DNA from: Alphaproteobacteria bacterium
GTDB lineage: Bacteria; Pseudomonadota; Alphaproteobacteria; Rickettsiales; SXRF01
Direction: 5' to 3'
NCBI GenBank assembly: GCA_025362975.1
Contig: JANYES010000018.1
Location: forward strand, 147,309 to 211,308
Length of the DNA stretch: 64,000 nucleotides
This document shows, in pieces, positions 61,236-64,000 of the stretch (its first letter is position 1; every line of letters begins with the position of its first letter). The notes below the pieces were generated by a model. It was not told the origin of the DNA. It saw nothing but the letters and a program-made list of their open reading frames with translations, and made no database searches. A program made the translations under genes and the position numbers.

Positions 61236-62075
61236 TTACGCTAAAAGCTGCTGCCTGATAGAGGCGGGCGTGACGCCGTCTTCGCGCAATTGCGCGATGC
61301 TGGGGCTGTTTTTGCTTTTGGAGAGCTTGTCGCCTTCTTCGCCGGTGAGGAGCGGATGATGGTGGTAGAGCGGTTTGGGGAGGTTTAGCAGGGTTTGCAA
61401 CAGCGTATGCAAATCGGTGGCGGCTTCGAGGTCGGCGCCGCGCACGACATGGGTGATGTTTTGCAACGCGTCGTCAACGACGACGGATATATGGTAGCTG
61501 GTGGGGATTTCCTTGCGGGCGAGGATGACGTCGCCCCAGCGCGCAGGGTTAGCAGCAACCGACTGGGTCGCCAATGAGTGCAGCGCGAAGCGCGTGTAGC
61601 TGTGCGGGCCGGGCATGAGGGCGAGCGCGTTATCCATGTTGAGGCGCCATGAATGCGACACGCCCTGTTCGATCAGGTTTTCGGATTCGTGCGAGGGAAT
61701 GTGACGGCAGGTACCAGGGTAGAGCGGTGCGCCGTCGGGGTCTTTTTGCGTGGCTGCTTCGGCTATTTCCTTGCGGGTGCAGAAGCAGGGGTAGAGCAAA
61801 TCGCGCGAGATGAGGGAGATCAGGGCGCCGGTGTAATCGGCCCAGTGTTCGGATTGGATGCGCACGCCTTCGTCCCATTCGATGCCGAGCCAGAGAAGGT
61901 CGGTCAGGCACTGGTCGGCGAGGGTGGGGGAGCAGCGGGTGATGTCGATATCTTCGATGCGCACGAGGAAAGTGCCGCCGGTTTGCTGCGCGAGTTTCGC
62001 GTTGAGCAGGGCGGAGTAGGCATGGCCTAAATGCAGGCGGCCATTGGGGCTGGGTGCGAAGCGGAAAATCGGCAT
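61236..62075 (-). CDS. gluQ: Glutamyl-Q tRNA(Asp) synthetase
   Basis: FAPSPNGRLHLGHAYSAL (HIGH), RIEDID, KLSKS. At about 280 aa it is a truncated GluRS paralogue. Confidence 0.9.
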   Translation of the reverse strand: MPIFRFAPSPNGRLHLGHAYSALLNAKLAQQTGGTFLVRIEDIDITRCSPTLADQCLTDLLWLGIEWDEGVRIQSEHWADYTGALISLISRDLLYPCFCTRKEIAEAATQKDPDGAPLYPGTCRHIPSHESENLIEQGVSHSWRLNMDNALALMPGPHSYTRFALHSLATQSVAANPARWGDVILARKEIPTSYHISVVVDDALQNITHVVRGADLEAATDLHTLLQTLLNLPKPLYHHHPLLTGEEGDKLSKSKNSPSIAQLREDGVTPASIRQQLLA

Positions 62076-62130
62076 GGCGCGCAGTGTAGCGATTTACTGC
62101 GCGGGCAGCAAGCTGCGACGGTGAGTAAGT

Positions 62131-62418
62131 TTAAAGCAACGGGATAGTGCGTTCGAAGTTGCGCAGGTAGTTTTCAACGACGTGCGTGGCGATGCCGTAT
62201 TTCTGCGAAATCAGGGCGGCTATGCGGCGGCAGTTGGGGCCGGTTTCGGCGAGGTCGGCGCTGGTGAGCAGGGTCCATTGCTGGAGAAGCTGGCGGCGAA
62301 GGACGTGCCAGTTGCATAGCAGGATGGAGGACGGGGCGTAGGCCGCATCGACGGCGAAGGACGAGGATGAAAAATGATTGGCGCTAGCGGTGCTTAACGA
62401 TTCGGTGGCTTTCTGCAT
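62131..62418 (-). CDS. Hypothetical protein with a YjbJ/CsbD-like C-terminal pattern
   Basis: QQWTLLTSADL ... SQKYGIATHVVENYLRNF. Confidence 0.4.
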   Translation of the reverse strand: MQKATESLSTASANHFSSSSFAVDAAYAPSSILLCNWHVLRRQLLQQWTLLTSADLAETGPNCRRIAALISQKYGIATHVVENYLRNFERTIPLL

Positions 62419-62755
62419 GACCTTCTCCTTAGTTGTGTGCGGAGCGAGGCTCCATGAGGAAAATGGAGCAAGTGATATGCCAAGTTGTTAATAAATTTTC
62501 TTGTTGAGTTGCAGGTGGTTGGGTCTGTGAAAAGTAATAGAAAATTTATTATTATTAAATTTCGATTAATATATCGGGTGTGGGAGACGGGAGTTGCCGG
62601 TGGGTGGGAAGAATGTGCCGGGAGCGGAATGACGGCGTTGTGGAGGCACGGACACCGTCATGCGACGGGGTGACAGTTTTACCATCGGGGACGGGCTGAG
62701 ATGAGGTGGCGACCTGAGAAGGGAATATGGCTTATAGGACCGTGGTGGCTTTAAC

Positions 62756-63337
62756 TTAGCCGCCGCCACAGCCGCCGCCGCAGCCATGTCCGCAGCCGTG
62801 GCCGTGGCTGCCACCGCCGCGATGGCTGGAATAGCTGCAACCGCTGCCGCCGCTGGTGCTGTCGTGGCTGGAACCGCCTTTGCGGCTGCGGGATTTGCGC
62901 GCGGCGTTCATGACAGCGTAGGTCAGGCCGCCGGCGACGATGGAGTTGACGGCGGAGAAGCCCAGTGCGCGGTTTTTTTCGCCGCCGCTGAGCGTGTTCC
63001 ATGCGCCGGAGAAGGTGTCAACATTACGACTGGTGATGATGTCACGCTTTTTGGCGCGGAAACTTCCGTTGATTTTGTTGAGGGCGACGTTCTGCGGGTC
63101 GGTAAGCTCGCGGTTTTCGTCTTCGAGTTGTTGGTCGAGAGATTTGATGTTGAGGGGGATGGCGACGCCGGTGACGGTTTGCATGGCCTCAGCGCGTTCT
63201 TCGCGGATGCCTTTAAAGGCGCCTTCGAGGTTCAGATGTTTGATGGCGGCGGTTTTGACTTTAAAATACAGCGATGCCGCACCGGCGATACCGCCGATGA
63301 CGAGTGCAGGAAGGAGGGCTGTAGATTTGGGGTTCAT
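62756..63337 (-). CDS. Membrane protein with a Gly/Cys/His-rich C-terminal tail
   Basis: Two TM segments and the tail GGSGCSYSSHRGGGSHGHGCGHGCGGGCGGG. Confidence 0.6.
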   Translation of the reverse strand: MNPKSTALLPALVIGGIAGAASLYFKVKTAAIKHLNLEGAFKGIREERAEAMQTVTGVAIPLNIKSLDQQLEDENRELTDPQNVALNKINGSFRAKKRDIITSRNVDTFSGAWNTLSGGEKNRALGFSAVNSIVAGGLTYAVMNAARKSRSRKGGSSHDSTSGGSGCSYSSHRGGGSHGHGCGHGCGGGCGGG

Positions 63338-63433
63338 GGTGCGCCTATCATTTAACTTGCAGCATTATAAGGCATTATGAAGTTGATTTACATTCTTTTT
63401 TGCTGCATGCTGGCTGCTGGTTAATATATTGTA

Positions 63434-64000
63434 ATGTCTATGGTTATGCACAGCGTACCTCTTAGCAATCCCAAATTGGGCTTCGGCCTTGGCCTGCGCG
63501 AGCAGCATTTCGACACCGTGGTGGAGAGCCGGGTGGGGGTGGATTGGTTCGAGTTGCTTTCGGAAAATTACATGGAAGCGCATGACGGGTATTTCGAGTT
63601 CATCGCGCGGGTGAGGAAGATGTACCCGCTGGTGATGCATGGGGTGGCGATGAATCTTGGGGGCACGGATGCGGTGGATGTGCAGTATCTGAAAAAGCTG
63701 CTGCGGCTGGCGGAGGTGGCCAAGCCCGTGTTTATTTCGGACCATTTATGCTGGACGGGAACGCACGGGGTACATACGCATGATCTGCTGCCGGTGCCGT
63801 ATACGCGCGAAGCGCTGGCGCATATTTCGGACCGGGTGAAGCATGTGCAGGATATTTTAGGGCGCAGGATGGTGGTCGAGAATCCTTCGACTTATGCGGA
63901 GTTTGTGATTGAGCAGATGCCGGAATGGGAATTCATGTGCGAGCTGGCGGAGAAAAGCGACTGCCAGATTTTGCTGGATGTGAATAATGTGTTTGTCGGC
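63434..64000 (+). CDS. DUF692 / MNIO-family (MbnB-like) enzyme, 3' end outside window
   Basis: LGFGLGLREQHF ... VDWFELLSENY ... SDHLCWTG ... LLPVPYT ... VENPSTY are DUF692 hallmarks. The frame is open to the window edge. Confidence 0.85.
   Translation, partial: MSMVMHSVPLSNPKLGFGLGLREQHFDTVVESRVGVDWFELLSENYMEAHDGYFEFIARVRKMYPLVMHGVAMNLGGTDAVDVQYLKKLLRLAEVAKPVFISDHLCWTGTHGVHTHDLLPVPYTREALAHISDRVKHVQDILGRRMVVENPSTYAEFVIEQMPEWEFMCELAEKSDCQILLDVNNVFVG

Noticed and set aside
1-64000. Search for CRISPR arrays, rRNA genes, IS elements with terminal inverted repeats, and reverse transcriptases
   Set aside because: By eye I found no regularly spaced 25-40-bp repeats, no rRNA-like sequence, and no transposase or RT motifs (DDE, YxDD) in any long ORF. 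Short or degenerate examples could have been missed without software.

Overview
This window looks like proteobacterial chromosome (alphaproteobacterium-like gene content) and is heavily mosaic. The left 45 kb reads as stacked, decaying genomic islands bounded by fragments of an initiator tRNA-Met gene at about 1.47, 14.27 and 44.7 kb. Island 1 (1.5-14.3 kb, all genes on the minus strand) carries six modules: (1) a fused ABC-ATPase/TOPRIM protein resembling OLD or PARIS; (2) a complete type I R-M system (hsdR, hsdS, hsdM) with an embedded AlbA_2/ATPase gene; (3) an AlpA / HTH-zinc-ribbon / tyrosine-recombinase trio; (4) a 377-aa orphan; (5) a P4-type integrase; (6) 11-bp arm-like repeats at both ends. 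Next comes a 5.2-kb AT-rich cassette (14.3-19.5 kb). It holds a tightly coupled operon (GIY-YIG nuclease, 65-aa protein, 795-aa AAA_13/RloC-like ATPase with a CxxC hook) followed by an Eco29kI-type type II R-M pair. This operon is my best candidate for an undescribed defence system. The cassette truncates a second hsdM copy. Further right are gene fragments, a PAS-MCP, a FIST plus hybrid kinase operon and a GC-rich type III PKS operon. These are followed by mntH, xthA-ligD, several frameshifted or nonsense pseudogenes and an envelope-polysaccharide cluster. A second integrase element (48.7-52.6 kb) has an unusual repeat-rich non-coding kilobase. The right end holds small stress-type proteins, a cobalamin riboswitch in front of two uncharacterised exported proteins, arsC, tRNA-Phe, an S24 peptidase, gluQ and a DUF692/MNIO gene. 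No CRISPR array or rRNA was seen. All calls rest on motif reading by eye, and no database search was possible.
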